Positions 1-11,858 of a DNA stretch of 64,000 bases are shown here, piece by piece. The notes under the pieces are model-generated. The model was given only the letters and a program-made list of their open reading frames with translations, made no database searches and was not told the origin of the DNA. The DNA comes from Amphiscolops sp. MND2022 (lineage: Eukaryota). Location of the stretch: assembly GCA_964187785.1 (NCBI GenBank), contig OZ076411.1, forward strand, positions 87,730,001 to 87,794,000, written 5' to 3'. The position numbers were made by a program, and so were the translations under genes. The number at the start of each line of letters is the position of its first letter. The stretch's first letter is position 1.

Positions 1-436
1 TCAGCGTAAAAATTGATAGGTAGTTATTGTTTCGGTAATCATATCGGACCGAACTATTTTACGAGGTGGCCATTTTTTCAGAAGTGACGAAACGTTTTTG
101 AGGCTCAAGTTGTTCATGCAGCGTAAGTAAAAACTTCTTTTTCGAATCAAAGATCGCTTTGTCTTGTTCACACAAGTGTGAAAAGAAGCTGACTCATGCT
201 TTCTGACATGACTACTGTTTTCTGTTCACAACATCGTGCAAACATGCGAGCAATACGGTTTAATATGGGAACTAATTTTTTTTGTGCATAGGTGGATTTT
301 CTGTGCTGAAATTTTGGGGGATAGTAGGCTGGGGGAGGGCATTACCAAACAAGGTCCACTCGGGTCAATAGGTGCAAATTAATGAGAAGTGTTGGATACT
401 TTTCAGTTAAAAAAATTTTCGATACATAAAGGTTAT

Positions 437-844
437 GGGCTTTTTTGTTTTCTCCCCCACCAACAAATTTTTTTTGGAAAATTAGTGAAAATCGTATTAC
501 AAAAAGTCTTGAATACAAACCAGAAAGCCTCAAATTTACATTCATTCTTAATGTGACAGTTTAGGATTCAGATACAACTTTTGCTCACACTTTTTCAATA
601 TGTAGTCACGCATTTTTGATGAAGAAATCAACAGCTTCCTGTTTTGATTCATTAATAAACACTTAATACGAACACAATTATAGTCAAAATGTGTGAACAA
701 TGTTTTGTTGAAGTAAAACACTTCCAATAGACGTTAACTTCCCATTATGAAAGAAGGTTTTACTTTTAATTAGGCTAGTCTAATGATTTTAAGGAAATTT
801 ACTTCCAAAAATTTTGGTGGTGGGGGGGGGACAGAAAAGAGCCA
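437..844. mobile_element. MITE-like repeat with terminal inverted repeats
   Basis: Ends GGCTTTTTTGTTTTCTCCCCCACCA ... TGGTGGGGGGGGGACAGAAAAGAGCCA; interior similar to 1951-2363 and part of 56860-57150. Confidence 0.55.
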
Positions 845-1950
845 CAAAAAAACTCTCTGATTATATTAATCATTTCATTGACAACTATTCCAAGTCTTTG
901 ACCACTGGGTTATCTTTTTGTTCTGTTGAAAGGTTTGGGAAGAACGAAAGCTCCCATCAAAAGTTCAAAATTAACACTCAGTTCAGTTTCAAATATTGAA
1001 ACGAGTTCTTTTCATGGCTCTTTTCTGTAACCCCATCATCAAAACTGTTTACTGCTACAACTAAAAGACTGAATTGATTCTAGTCAACACAAAAGAAATA
1101 CAAAATGATAGTTACATGTAGAAGAAATTTTTTAAACTGGCGCGACTAGAAAGAAATCTTTATCAATAACAGGAAGTTAACGTCTATATCGAATAGTTTT
1201 TGTTTGACTAACCTTATTAAATGTAAAACCTTTTTTTCATAACCGGAAGTTAACATCTATTAGAATAATTTTTTTGTTCGGACAAAACATTTTTCATGCA
1301 TTTTGACTATAATCACGTTTTGATTCACTGTTTTTAGTCACTCAAAAAAGGAAGATAATGATTTCTTTATCACGAATGCGTGACTTTAAACGCAAAAACA
1401 GTGTGAACAAAGTTGGTATCAATTCTAAACTGTCACACTAGAAATAAATTTACTTCTTTGTATTCAAGTCTTTTTTGTCATAAAATTTCCCCTAATTTTC
1501 TAAAAAAAATTGGCCGTGGCGAGGAAAACAGAAAAGAGCCGCGTTCGAAGCGAACGTCTTGAAAGGAGTCCCAGTGTTCGAAGCCATGGAACGCGTGCCA
1601 TGATCATGGTTATCCTTGCTAAATCATGGTTACTCATGGTACCCTTGTCAAGATCAAGACAAATCATGATACATGGAACGCTTGTCAAAATCATGACAAG
1701 ATCATGGCAAGATCATGGCAAGATAACCATGGTAAGAAATGTAAGCTGCTTTCAATTGTATAATTTATTTTTTTTCACAAAAATTTCTTGTCGTCTCTAA
1801 TTTCCGAATAACCCGTTGTGATAACTTCGGACATAACCTGGCTCTTTTCTGTTTTCCCCCTCACCACCAAAGTTAATTCGGAAATATGGTGAAAGTATTA
1901 GCACGAAAAAGACTTATAATCAAACCAAAAACGTTCAATTTCCAATTTAG

Positions 1951-2363
1951 TGGCTCTTTTCTGTCCCCCCCCCCCCGAACCACCAATTTTCTTTGGAAAT
2001 TAGTGAAAATCTTGTAACAAAAACACTTGAATACAAACCAGAAAGCTTCAGTTTCAACTTTATTCTCTGGGTGATAGTTTAGGATTCAGATACAAACTTT
2101 GTTCACACCTTTTCCTTATGTAGTTACGCATTTTTGATGAAGAAATCAACAGCTTCCTGTTTTGAGTCATCAATAAATACTTGATACGAACATAATCATA
2201 GTCAAAATGTATGAAAAATGTTTTGTTCAAGCGGAAAACTACTCTAATACAAGTCAACTTTCTGTTATGAAAAAAGGTTTTACTTTTAATTAGGCTAGAC
2301 TAAAGTTTTTAAGGAAAGTCCTTTTAAAAAATTTTGGTGGTGGGGGGAAACAGAAAAGAGCCA
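1951..2363. mobile_element. MITE-like repeat, same family as 437-844
   Basis: TGGCTCTTTTCTGT+C-run at left, G-run+AAACAGAAAAGAGCCA at right; no clear TSD. Confidence 0.6.
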
Positions 2364-2984
2364 ATTTAATTTCAAGGCGACCGTTAGGATCCGGGTATGA
2401 ATTTTGTTCACACAATTTCTCCTAATGAAGTCACGCATTCTTGATAAGATATCACGTATTCTTGACGCTGTGAGCCACATGAAAGTTAACTTTCAATTAA
2501 TTCTGTCAGGTGTGTGAAAAAGTTTTTGTTCAAACAAAAACCTATTGTAATAGAAGTTGACTTCCTGTTATGGAAAACGATTTCAGTTCTTTTCAATTCA
2601 GTTCGATAAACTTTTTAAAAAAATCTTTCAAATTTGCCTCGAATCTTTTGATGATGGGGTGATAGAAAAGAGGCAGAGCATTTTAGTTCAATAGCTATCA
2701 TTCCCGAGATGATAAAAAGTCGTACGTCTGTCACGAGGTTGTGTGATCATGATACTCTTGGAAAGATCTCGTAAAATCGGAATTAGATCTTGACAAGGGT
2801 AGTTAGTGATTCTCCGAATCCAACGTTTGGACAGAAAGAAGTCGGTTTTTAGTTGAAGCTTCCAGTTACCTAAAATCACCAGACTGTTTCGGTAATTCTT
2901 TTCTTTAAAACAGACATTAATGCGACTAACGAGACAAATGTTAATGATCTTTGCTAATGTGACTAGACGGACACGTTATAGCCT

Positions 2985-3523
2985 AACAAGCCGGGAACGG
3001 CCCAAGTCGGCGCCATATCTAAGGCTCAAAAAGACTCGAAAACGAAAATCACTTTTTCTACAACAGGAGACAACAAAAGCTCTCAAAAAACTAAAAATTG
3101 AGAAAAAAATTCCGAATTTTTCATCGAAATTTTTTTGAAGTTTCCGGTACGTCACATAGTGCCAAAAAATGTAAAAGAGGGGACGCGTTGGGATTTTTTG
3201 AACATCCATTCTGTTGCAAAATATCAAAAATTGATGGGAGGAACAATAAAAAAAATTCGGAAAAAAATCAGTCTCACAGTGCCGAAAAAAGGAGGAAAGT
3301 CTCAGTGTCGAAAAAAGTGGACCCTCTGCTTTGGAATGGCTTTTTATCTCATGTTAGAGGCTTTGGATGCGTTGAAAATGAAGTACTAAGTACATATGGT
3401 AAAAGTTGGTAAATGTGCATTAATTGCATTAATGCACAAAAAGTGGACGTTACGCGTTGAACTGACGAAAAAAAACTAGCCACTGTAAGAGTCGGGATTT
3501 TCTTCGAAAACGCCGACTAAAAA
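2985..3523 (+). mobile_element. Non-autonomous Helentron/HINE-like dispersed repeat
   Basis: 5' AACAAGCCGGGAACGGCCCAAGTCGGCGCC; subterminal inversion AGTCGGCG / CGCCGACT; 3' hairpin GTCGG...CCGAC then A-run. Similar copies at 34171-34796 (minus), 37701-39912, 62546-62896. Confidence 0.5.
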
Positions 3524-3642
3524 CAAAAGTGTAATAATAGAGACTAAAGGGCCCATCCTTAAAATGTTCTTCAATTTTCCAGCAACTACGAGATTGAAAA
3601 AGCTACGGGTTTCTTTCTTTTTTTTTCGGCACTGTGTGACTT

Positions 3643-3851
3643 TGTTGTAATCTCTTTGCTTGACAAAAGTTAACAACATAAAACTGTATTCGAACATCAA
3701 TCTTTTCGTACTGAATAAAGATCAGCTTTTAGGTATAGACAATAGTAGCAGGTACTAAGGACATCTAGACAATTAAGTATAATGGTATTGAACAATAGTA
3801 ATGTCTGTCTATGATTTGTCCTCTAACTCTAGTTCTTTAGCTGCTGCTTCA
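3643..3851 (-). repeat. 3' LTR of element 1
   Basis: Direct repeat of 9571-9780. Confidence 0.97.
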
Positions 3852-3862
3852 CTCCCCCCTCC
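3852..3862 (-). promoter_or_regulatory. Polypurine tract of element 1
   Basis: GGAGGGGGGAG on minus strand abutting the 3' LTR. Confidence 0.85.
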
Positions 3863-4217
3863 GCGATTGGATAATAGTTGACCAATGGGGGAGGTTTGTT
3901 CTTTATGGCGGTTTTCCGTCCAAAGCAATTTTGGTGTATTCGCGGTGGCCCGCGATTCGTCAGTTGTCCGGTTGAATTGTTCTGCCTGGACTGGCTCTTC
4001 CATTGTGTCGTTTAGTATTCGACGCTGCTGGTCTTTTCCCGAGTGTCTTCCTCGGTTTCTGGTGTCTTCTGGGCGTTTAGTCTGTTTACGGTGTTTCCTG
4101 TAATCAGATGTTATGGGATTATTAAATCTAATAATGGGGTTTGTTTTTGTTAATCTTTTCGATCTCCGTAAGTTGTGTTCTTTTGTTTCTTGTTCTATTT
4201 CGGTGCTAGAACTTAGG

Positions 4218-7200
4218 TTACTGATTAATTCTAGGTCGGAGGTTTCTGTTTCTAGGTTGTTTTTTTTCCTTATTCTCTTTCCCTCCGTAAACGGTATTGT
4301 TGTTATTAAGAGTTACCTTACCGTTTAAGTCTTTGATAAAAAGTTCTGTGTCATTTTGTTTGGCATCTTCAATGATACGGTCAATGTCCGTATCCGTCAT
4401 GTTTTCCGTAATGATGGTTAGAGGGCCGAGGCTGTCCGTTGAGCCGGTAAGTGAACCAGGGCTTTGTCTGTTGCGGACCAGTTTTGGGCGTCCTCTTCCA
4501 AATGATCCGCTTGTTTTTGTGGTTGGCGTAGTTGGGTTGCTTCGGGATTGTGTGCCCTCTGTTATTTGAGTAGTATCCATTTGTGGTGTTGTTGGATTGC
4601 TCTTCTCCGAGTCGCTGTCTGATTTGGCTTCTCGTGTCAGTCTGGGGGATTTTATGAACCGGCCGTCCGGTCCTCTCAGTCCCATGCCTCTGTTGTTCTG
4701 TTCCTGTTCAAATTCAAAGATTGGTTTACTAATGTGTTTTCTGTGTAGGATTCTATTTTCCGCGGTTGTGACCGTGTGTTTAGTTCCCGATATGGCAGTT
4801 TGTAGTTTATTTGAGTAAGCGCTCTCAAATTTCGGTTTATTTATTCTTTTCTCGAGAAATTGAAATGGGTAGGTACTCACTCCTTTTTGTCCTTTCTTTT
4901 GTTTCATCGGTAGCTGGTCAGAGGCACCGCCAGCTCCGTTGAAGGAATATACCTGTAGGGTATCTGGTTTTGCTGAAAAACAATTGTTTGTTATAGTTTT
5001 CAGTTTATCTAAGTTTAAAAGGTTACTGATTTCCGTATTCGGTTCTCGTCCGTAGTGTAATTCAAAAGCAGATTTCCCCAATCTCGTGTGGGGTGTTTTT
5101 CTCATCACGTTTAAGGCTATGTCTAATGCTTTGTTAAATTTTTCGCCCGCTTTTATGTTCGTCAGCATTGTCTCTTTCAAAGTCCTTACGCCGCGTTCGA
5201 CCAGCCCTGTGGGGGTGTGTATATATGGTGTCCCATATATGAGTCTAATGTGGTGATTTTTACAAAACTCTCTAAAAGTGTGGCCCGTAAATGCCGTGGC
5301 TTTATCCGTTCTAATAGTTTTCGGAATGCCGTTCAGGTTTATATATTGTTCCATAAATTTAACCGTGGTTTCGCCGTCGGTCGATTTACAAAGGCTTGCC
5401 GCCGGCCATTTGCTAAACCGGTCCATTGAGAGTAAAATAAAAAACCTTTGGTTTCTTTCGGTGAACGGTCCGATAAAATCCAGTTGTATTTCTTCGTTCG
5501 GATTGTTTAAAGCCGGTAATTGGTTTTTTTCCGTATTATGTAAGTTAGGTTTGATATTCTTACCGGACATTTTGCACGGGATGCAGCCGTCGCATTTCTT
5601 TTGTATGGCCTCGGTGATTTTTGGCCACCAGAAGTGTCGTGCCGCCATTGACATCTTGTTGATGGCGGGATGGCCTTTATGGAGGAGGCTGATCACCGTT
5701 GTTCTGAGATTTTTCGGGACAATTATGCGGTCTTCATAGAACACGAGTCCGTACCTGGTAGATAATTTTCTTCGGCATTGCTGGTATTCTTCTGGTATGT
5801 TGTCTTGTTGCTGTCTCTCAAGGCACACGAGTGTTTTTAGGAGAGTCGGGTCATTAGTTGTCTCTGTCATCAGCAACTGGAGATCTGTGGAGAAATTCTT
5901 CTCCGATTCACGTACCGCGTTTCCGAGGTCCCAGTTGTTCGGCTCTTCCGCGGTGGTTCTGGGGGCATGTCCCATTTTTATATATTGGACGCTTTTAACG
6001 CCTGCGTATTTTGCCCAATTAACTGCGGGGACTTCGAGTATGGACGGGTCTTGATCGGATTCCGAGTCAATTTCCCCTTCTTCCATCGGTACTGGTTGTT
6101 GCTGCGAGGGCCCGGGTCTGTCTTCTGTGTTGGCCGTAGCTTGCGGTCTGTCAATGTCCCAGAACGGGTCAACCGTCCATTGTTCCTGTCTTCTGGTTTC
6201 CGGTTGAAATCCCCCGTCTGGTTCTTGTTGATTTCGGCTTTCTAGGTTTCTGATGGCTTGTTGAAGTTGTTCTTCAATGACTCGTCTCTCGTTTCTCAGG
6301 AATTTGGGTTCGTGGTACTTTTTCCAGCGGCCACCTGACTGTCTATAAACCCCGGGCTTTACAATATCTCTCCATCTAGCAATGAGATATCTAGTTTCTG
6401 TCGAGTTATCAGCTTGTTCAAGATTATCGATGGTTCTGGCGTCCATGATAATTTTATCTTTCGGTGCGGTTTGAATTGAGCTGCTGATTTGTGAACTTTT
6501 AAGGCAATTAATGGCGATTTGTTCACGCGTTTTGGAATGTTTTGGTGTGTTGTTTGCTTTGCGCGTAGTCTCTTTTTGCGTTCCGTGTTTTGATTGGTTA
6601 AAATGGTTGCTAAGGCAACCGTATTTGGTTACGAATTTGTAGTGCGGGATGACGTTATTGATTACGTATTCTTCGTCGTATACGTCATCGGTTTGTGGAG
6701 GTGCCGACGGGTTACGACTGAGATAATCCGTGAGTGCTAAATGTTTGCCGGCTATATGGCTGACGTTGATTGTGAAGTGCGCTAAGCGGTCGAGCCACCT
6801 CGTTAGCCGCGCGCTGTACGTTTTATTGGATCGGTTGCGTTTAATTAATGGCTCTAATGCTTGGTGGTCTGTCAATAGCTTTATCGGTTTACCGTATATA
6901 TAAAGACGGAAGTGTTCTAATCCCCATACGACTGCCAATAATTCCAATTCATTGATTGCGTATTTCTTTTCTGTATCGGAAAGGAAGCGACTGGCAAATC
7001 CGATCGGTTTTAAATCTCCGTTTGGCTGTTCTTGCCACAGCGTTGCGCCCAATCCTTTTGTGCTGGCGTCCGTTGTTAATATATTCGGACGGTTTGAATT
7101 GTAGTGAGCCAGACACGGTATTTCCGTGATTTTTTGTTTTAAGTTTTCAAACGCTGTGGTATGTTCATCGGTCCAATTCCAAGTGTTATCTTTTTTTAGT

Positions 7201-9515
7201 AGCTGTCTTAAGATGTCGGTTTGTGCTGACAGATTTTCGATGTATTTTGATAAATATTGAATTGCGCCTAGGAACGATTTTAGTTCCTTCTCATTTTCGG
7301 GTCTTTTCAGTTCTTTTATTGCGGTTAGTTTGTCCTGTAACGGTCTAATACCGTTTTGGTCAATTTTGTGGCCGATCCATTCTATTTCGGTTTTGAAAAG
7401 TTCAGATTTGTTCTCGCTTAGTCTGTAACCCGCGTTTTCTAGTCTCGTTAACACATCGATTAGTTCCTCCATGTGTTTCTGTTTTGAACCTTTGGTTACT
7501 ACTATAATGTCATCTAGCCATGCTGGATGTTTGTTTTCCAACGTTTGATCGATTTTCTCTTGGAAAATGGTCGGTATGTCCGCTAACCCGTAAAATCCTT
7601 TCAAAAAACGATAGTAACCGGTAAAATTACCTCCGGTCACCGCGAATATGCAAAGGTCCATTGCTCGTTTCGATAATCGTAGTTGACCGTACGCATAATC
7701 TAGATCGAACTTCGAGATCCAGATTTCGTCTTCCGGTCCGTCGGCTATTTTTCTGGAGATTCTTGAAATTAGTTCCTCCATGTTTGGCATTTGTGCTTTC
7801 CTTTTTACCGTTATCTCGTTTAGTTTCCGGGAGTCCAGGGCTATTTTTACCGATTTATCTTTTTTGATCGTTATTACCGCCGGGCTTACAAAGCATGTTT
7901 CGTCAATGTCGTTTGCTTTTTCAATGTGCCCTTGGTTTTTTAATTTTTCTGTTTCTTTTTCTACCGCCGGTTGTAAATGAATCGGGATTGGTCGGCCCTT
8001 TTGTTGAATTATTTTCGCTCCTTCTTTTAATTGGATATCTACTTCTATGTTATTTACCGTGTGGTTTTCGTTAAATAGTTTGTGAAACTTACGTTTTAGT
8101 GTTGTTATGTCTCGGTCTTCTGTATTTCCCATCTGGGTTATGTGGTTGATTTCTGTTTTGGGAGTTTCTACCTCTAGTGTAATTCCCAGTTTTCCCATCC
8201 AGTCTAGTCCGAGTAACGGGTGGGTGTTTTTAGTTGTTACCAGTATTTCCAGTTGGTGTTTTGTACCATTCAATTCGACATTTGCGGTGGTTTTTCCTTC
8301 AAATTTTATTTTGTTGTCGTTAACGTCCCGATAATCTACAGTTATCGGTTTGAGTGTTGTCACCTTGTTGAATTTGGATTTTGGAATAAGAGTTACTGGT
8401 GAACCTGTGTCAATTATGAATTTGATTGGTCGGTTGTTAACCAATACCGTCTTCATGTAGAACGGCGGTCCGTTCTTGTTATTTGTTGCCAGTGAATGGA
8501 TTTTTGGTTGTATCATATGTATTCTGTCTGGTGTCCAGTCATCTTCGTCCGCACTGTAAGTTTCTTCTTCTTCTTCTGCTATATGGTTGATTTTTTTCGA
8601 TGAGCGGCAGCATTTGGCGAAGTGTCCGGGTTTACCGCATTTGGCGCATTTCTTTCCTTTCGCCGGGCATTCGTGTTGTTTGGACCAATTGGGAGCTCCG
8701 CATCTGTTGCAGTCCATTCTTCTAAATTTTGTATTTTTTTCCGTATGTTCTTTTGTGGATTTGAATTTTCTCTTTTCTACATGTCTGATTTTCTTTTCTT
8801 CGTCAGTTTCTGGAGAGTCGTTCAGTTTTTCATACATGTACTCATGTATTTCGTCTGTTATTGTCTCAACTGACATGTCGCCTTTGCGTATTTTCTTTTT
8901 CAATTCGTAATCTCCGGTTGACTTCCCTATGAGTGATAAGAATTTGGATGCTAGTAATTCTGCAGCCGTGATATTTTCGAATTCACAGTTCTTTTCGATT
9001 TCCAGGAGTCTTTTCCATACATCTGCTGCCGTTTCTCCGTTCTCTCTCTTCAGATCGAAGAAGTCTGATCGGCTGTGTTGTACGTTCCGTTCCGGTGTAT
9101 AATGTAACCGGAATAGTGTGTATAGTTTATATAGTGGGAGGGAGCTCGGTTCTCTTTCTCTTACCGTCTTGGTCATTTCGGTAAGGGCATTTTGTCCAAT
9201 TGCCCAGAGGAAGATATCTTTTATCTCGTTTTCCAATTGTTCCCGATATTGTGGTAAGATCTCTTTGGAGTTTACCATCGTTGAAATGTCGATTTCTTTC
9301 GTCATTTTCACGTATTGGACGAATTTTCGCCACCACAGATTTGCACTGGTGCTATCGTATTTTTCCAGACTTGGTATCGATAGCTTTTGGGTACAAGTCC
9401 GCTCGCCCGTTCTCATTGAGGTTTCATTGGGCGGTTTCCGGATACTTGAAGATTGGTCCATTGACCGGTGGGGTCGTTCACCATTCGTGGGTGATGTGTT
9501 GTGTGATTCGTCCAT
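4218..9515 (-). CDS. Gag-Pol polyprotein (zinc knuckle, protease, RT, RNase H, integrase), 1765 aa
   Basis: CAKCGKPGHFAKCC knuckle; IIDTGS protease; DLDYAYGQL and WLDD RT; TDAS RNase H; GHPA..CDGC, LDFIGP, RTDK, VERG integrase. Gypsy domain order. Confidence 0.97.
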   Translation of the reverse strand: MDESHNTSPTNGERPHRSMDQSSSIRKPPNETSMRTGERTCTQKLSIPSLEKYDSTSANLWWRKFVQYVKMTKEIDISTMVNSKEILPQYREQLENEIKDIFLWAIGQNALTEMTKTVREREPSSLPLYKLYTLFRLHYTPERNVQHSRSDFFDLKRENGETAADVWKRLLEIEKNCEFENITAAELLASKFLSLIGKSTGDYELKKKIRKGDMSVETITDEIHEYMYEKLNDSPETDEEKKIRHVEKRKFKSTKEHTEKNTKFRRMDCNRCGAPNWSKQHECPAKGKKCAKCGKPGHFAKCCRSSKKINHIAEEEEETYSADEDDWTPDRIHMIQPKIHSLATNNKNGPPFYMKTVLVNNRPIKFIIDTGSPVTLIPKSKFNKVTTLKPITVDYRDVNDNKIKFEGKTTANVELNGTKHQLEILVTTKNTHPLLGLDWMGKLGITLEVETPKTEINHITQMGNTEDRDITTLKRKFHKLFNENHTVNNIEVDIQLKEGAKIIQQKGRPIPIHLQPAVEKETEKLKNQGHIEKANDIDETCFVSPAVITIKKDKSVKIALDSRKLNEITVKRKAQMPNMEELISRISRKIADGPEDEIWISKFDLDYAYGQLRLSKRAMDLCIFAVTGGNFTGYYRFLKGFYGLADIPTIFQEKIDQTLENKHPAWLDDIIVVTKGSKQKHMEELIDVLTRLENAGYRLSENKSELFKTEIEWIGHKIDQNGIRPLQDKLTAIKELKRPENEKELKSFLGAIQYLSKYIENLSAQTDILRQLLKKDNTWNWTDEHTTAFENLKQKITEIPCLAHYNSNRPNILTTDASTKGLGATLWQEQPNGDLKPIGFASRFLSDTEKKYAINELELLAVVWGLEHFRLYIYGKPIKLLTDHQALEPLIKRNRSNKTYSARLTRWLDRLAHFTINVSHIAGKHLALTDYLSRNPSAPPQTDDVYDEEYVINNVIPHYKFVTKYGCLSNHFNQSKHGTQKETTRKANNTPKHSKTREQIAINCLKSSQISSSIQTAPKDKIIMDARTIDNLEQADNSTETRYLIARWRDIVKPGVYRQSGGRWKKYHEPKFLRNERRVIEEQLQQAIRNLESRNQQEPDGGFQPETRRQEQWTVDPFWDIDRPQATANTEDRPGPSQQQPVPMEEGEIDSESDQDPSILEVPAVNWAKYAGVKSVQYIKMGHAPRTTAEEPNNWDLGNAVRESEKNFSTDLQLLMTETTNDPTLLKTLVCLERQQQDNIPEEYQQCRRKLSTRYGLVFYEDRIIVPKNLRTTVISLLHKGHPAINKMSMAARHFWWPKITEAIQKKCDGCIPCKMSGKNIKPNLHNTEKNQLPALNNPNEEIQLDFIGPFTERNQRFFILLSMDRFSKWPAASLCKSTDGETTVKFMEQYINLNGIPKTIRTDKATAFTGHTFREFCKNHHIRLIYGTPYIHTPTGLVERGVRTLKETMLTNIKAGEKFNKALDIALNVMRKTPHTRLGKSAFELHYGREPNTEISNLLNLDKLKTITNNCFSAKPDTLQVYSFNGAGGASDQLPMKQKKGQKGVSTYPFQFLEKRINKPKFESAYSNKLQTAISGTKHTVTTAENRILHRKHISKPIFEFEQEQNNRGMGLRGPDGRFIKSPRLTREAKSDSDSEKSNPTTPQMDTTQITEGTQSRSNPTTPTTKTSGSFGRGRPKLVRNRQSPGSLTGSTDSLGPLTIITENMTDTDIDRIIEDAKQNDTELFIKDLNGKVTLNNNNTVYGGKENKEKKQPRNRNLRPRINQ

Positions 9516-9552
9516 TTCCGTATCGTGTGTAGTAGTTCTTGGCTAAGCGTAA

Positions 9553-9570
9553 GTTAGCCTGACTGCGCCA
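9553..9570 (-). promoter_or_regulatory. Primer-binding site of element 1 (tRNA-Ser-like)
   Basis: TGGCGCAGTCAGG directly after 5' LTR; tRNA identity inferred from typical Ser 3' ends. Confidence 0.7.
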
Positions 9571-9780
9571 TGTTGTAATCTCTTTGCTTGACAAAAGTTA
9601 ACAACATAAAACTGTATTCGAACATCAATCTTTTCGTACTGAATAAAGATCAGCTTTTTAGGTATAGACAATAGTAGCAGGTACTAAGGACATCTAGACA
9701 ATTAAGTATAATGGTATTGAACAATAGTAATGTCTGTCTATGATTTGTCCTCTAACTCTAGTTCTTTAGCTGCTGCTTCA
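9571..9780 (-). repeat. 5' LTR of element 1
   Basis: Direct repeat of 3643-3851. Confidence 0.97.
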
Positions 9781-10688
9781 GACTTTTTTCCGGATTTTCA
9801 TTTCCTCAGGTGGTATCTTTTTTAATTTTTTGATACTTTGAGGTGAGAAACAGCTCGTTTCAGCCTAATTTGCGTTTTCCGACAATGGGAGTTTTCCATA
9901 TTTTTCATGAAAACAAAAGTCATAAAATTCCCATAAAAGCCCTAGTCAAGATTGCTGGAAAGTTTTACATGATGCATGGACTGCATGCGGTGCTATTTTT
10001 GAAAAAAAAAACGTAGAAACCGCAGTAAACATAAGGTGGCTATAAACGTTGTGGCTTTTTTTGCTCCCACCACCGTCAAAAATGATTAAATGAACATCGA
10101 AAAAGTTTTCGAACTGGCTCTATTGAAAACGAATATACATTTCCATATCAGGAAGTAGTAGTTATTGAATGGGTCTCTGAAGCACGAGTTTATTATTCCA
10201 CGTTCGAGTGCCAAATGGTACGAGAAACGTGAACATAATTCAACAGAGAGCTGTTGGTTTTCTAATAAAAAAATGGGCTCTTTTCTGTTCCCCCAACCAC
10301 CCAAAGTTTTTTTAAGAAAATCAATGAAAATATTATAACAAAAAGATTTCAATACCAAACAGAAACCTTCAACTTTATTTTAATTTCCAGGGTGACAGGA
10401 AATTTTAACATAAAAGATATTAATTTATAAATTTTACGAACCAATTTCAAACTAAAAAAATTAATAAGTCTGCTAATGAAATAAATTTCTTACACTTTGA
10501 ACCGAACACCACTACATTTCAGCGATTTAAGTACTCAACTAAAGAAGCAAATGTCTTTGAACAATTTTTTTATCAAACGAAAACACTTGACCTTTAACAC
10601 AATCTCATTTCACGCAGGCAGTTGAAATAAATACGAACTCTTGAAAAATAATGTATAACTTTATCTAGGGCAGTCGTTATTTTCGATC

Positions 10689-11362
10689 TCACTTTTTGTC
10701 GTCGCATTTTCGCTGTAGACAGTATCCTTCACATCCCATCTTGCTTACTGGGCACGTTTTAATACATTCCAAGTAACAATCTTCAGTTCTCCCAGAATGC
10801 TCCTTGCATATTGTGTTTAGACAATAACCTTGACAGCCGGGCGTTGAGATTGGACATTTTTCCAGACATTTTGAGTAGCATTCAGAATTAGTGGCCTCAT
10901 CTTTCGTTTGAACGCTTTGGATAGCGAGAAAAGCGAGGGTGAAAACACATAATAACTTCCCCACTGTGCTAAAAAGTCCTGATAAATTCAACCAGGGGTG
11001 TTCAATATTTTATTCGAATATTATTATTGCTTGAAAATGACTTATTTTATTTTCAGTGAGGAAAAATTAATAATTTCATTATTTTTTTGCTAAAATAATT
11101 ATTTTTAATCTCAGCGAAAAACGGATATCAACAAAATCTTAAATTAGCCATCCATAATCAGGTCAAACCGCGGCGACGGGGCTTTTTTAATGGACTCTTC
11201 GACCTCTTGAGTCAGTAGCCAAGGACAAAAGTATTTCTAGAAATTTTTGAGTGTAAAAACAAATTATTTTATTTTATTTATTATAATTATTCTTACCCAT
11301 AATTATTTATTGAACACCCCTGAATTCAACAGACAAGCAATTGAACGAATAAAGGAGTTCAT
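10689..11362 (-). CDS. Small secreted Cys-rich peptide, paralogue 1 (leader interrupted by MITE or intron)
   Basis: ATG at 11362 is in frame once the MITE plus one TSD is removed; hydrophobic leader KLLCVFTLAFLAIQSVQT; two 6-Cys modules CxxxCxxxCPxxxxGCxGYCLxxxC. Confidence 0.8.
10993..11322. mobile_element. hAT-type MITE, 330 bp
   Basis: Perfect 15-bp TIR CAGGGGTGTTCAATA; 8-bp TSD AATTCAAC (10985-10992, 11323-11330). Confidence 0.9.
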
Positions 11363-11858
11363 TTTAGGCTAAGAGAGAATTTAGCGTTTTTGTCGAAAAT
11401 AAGATCAAAATCAAGGTTACCGGAAGTTCAGAATGCGTGAAAACTTTTCAGGTATATTTCAGTTCACGCACACTGAAAAGATTGAATTCAAATTGAACAA
11501 AAGTTGAAAAGATATGAAAAAATGTCACTTCAAATTCGATAAGTTGAATATGCGTGAGAAAAAGGTTCCGAAACGACCAAACTTTTGACAGCTGTGAAGC
11601 GATGAAACATTTGAAGAAGTGTCAAAAACGGTTTTGCTCATCAATCATCAATCAGAAAGATAGTGGAAACAGACGAAAAAAAGTTCGAAACAAAATTTCT
11701 TATGTTTTCCAAAAAAAATGCTGACCACTTTTTTTGAATACTTTGTGGATTTCTTCGAAGTTGCAAGACCTATTTGTCTAGTTTTTTCCGTGTGAAGCCA
11801 CATCGGCTGTCTCTTCTTTTGTTAGCTCAATATCTCAATCTTTTGAAACTTCGAGTTT

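Larger units (their letters stand above)
3643..9780 (-). mobile_element. Full-length Ty3/Gypsy LTR retrotransposon (element 1), recent insertion
   Basis: 209/210-bp LTRs with TG..CA ends differing by one T; 5-bp TSD GACTT (3638-3642, 9781-9785); PBS, PPT and gag-pol ORF. Confidence 0.97.

Noticed and set aside
1-3640. Short ORFs in the track
   Set aside because: Alternative starts, low complexity, within dispersed non-coding repeats.
4297-9546. Plus-strand ORFs over element 1
   Set aside because: Antisense shadows of gag-pol with no independent motifs.
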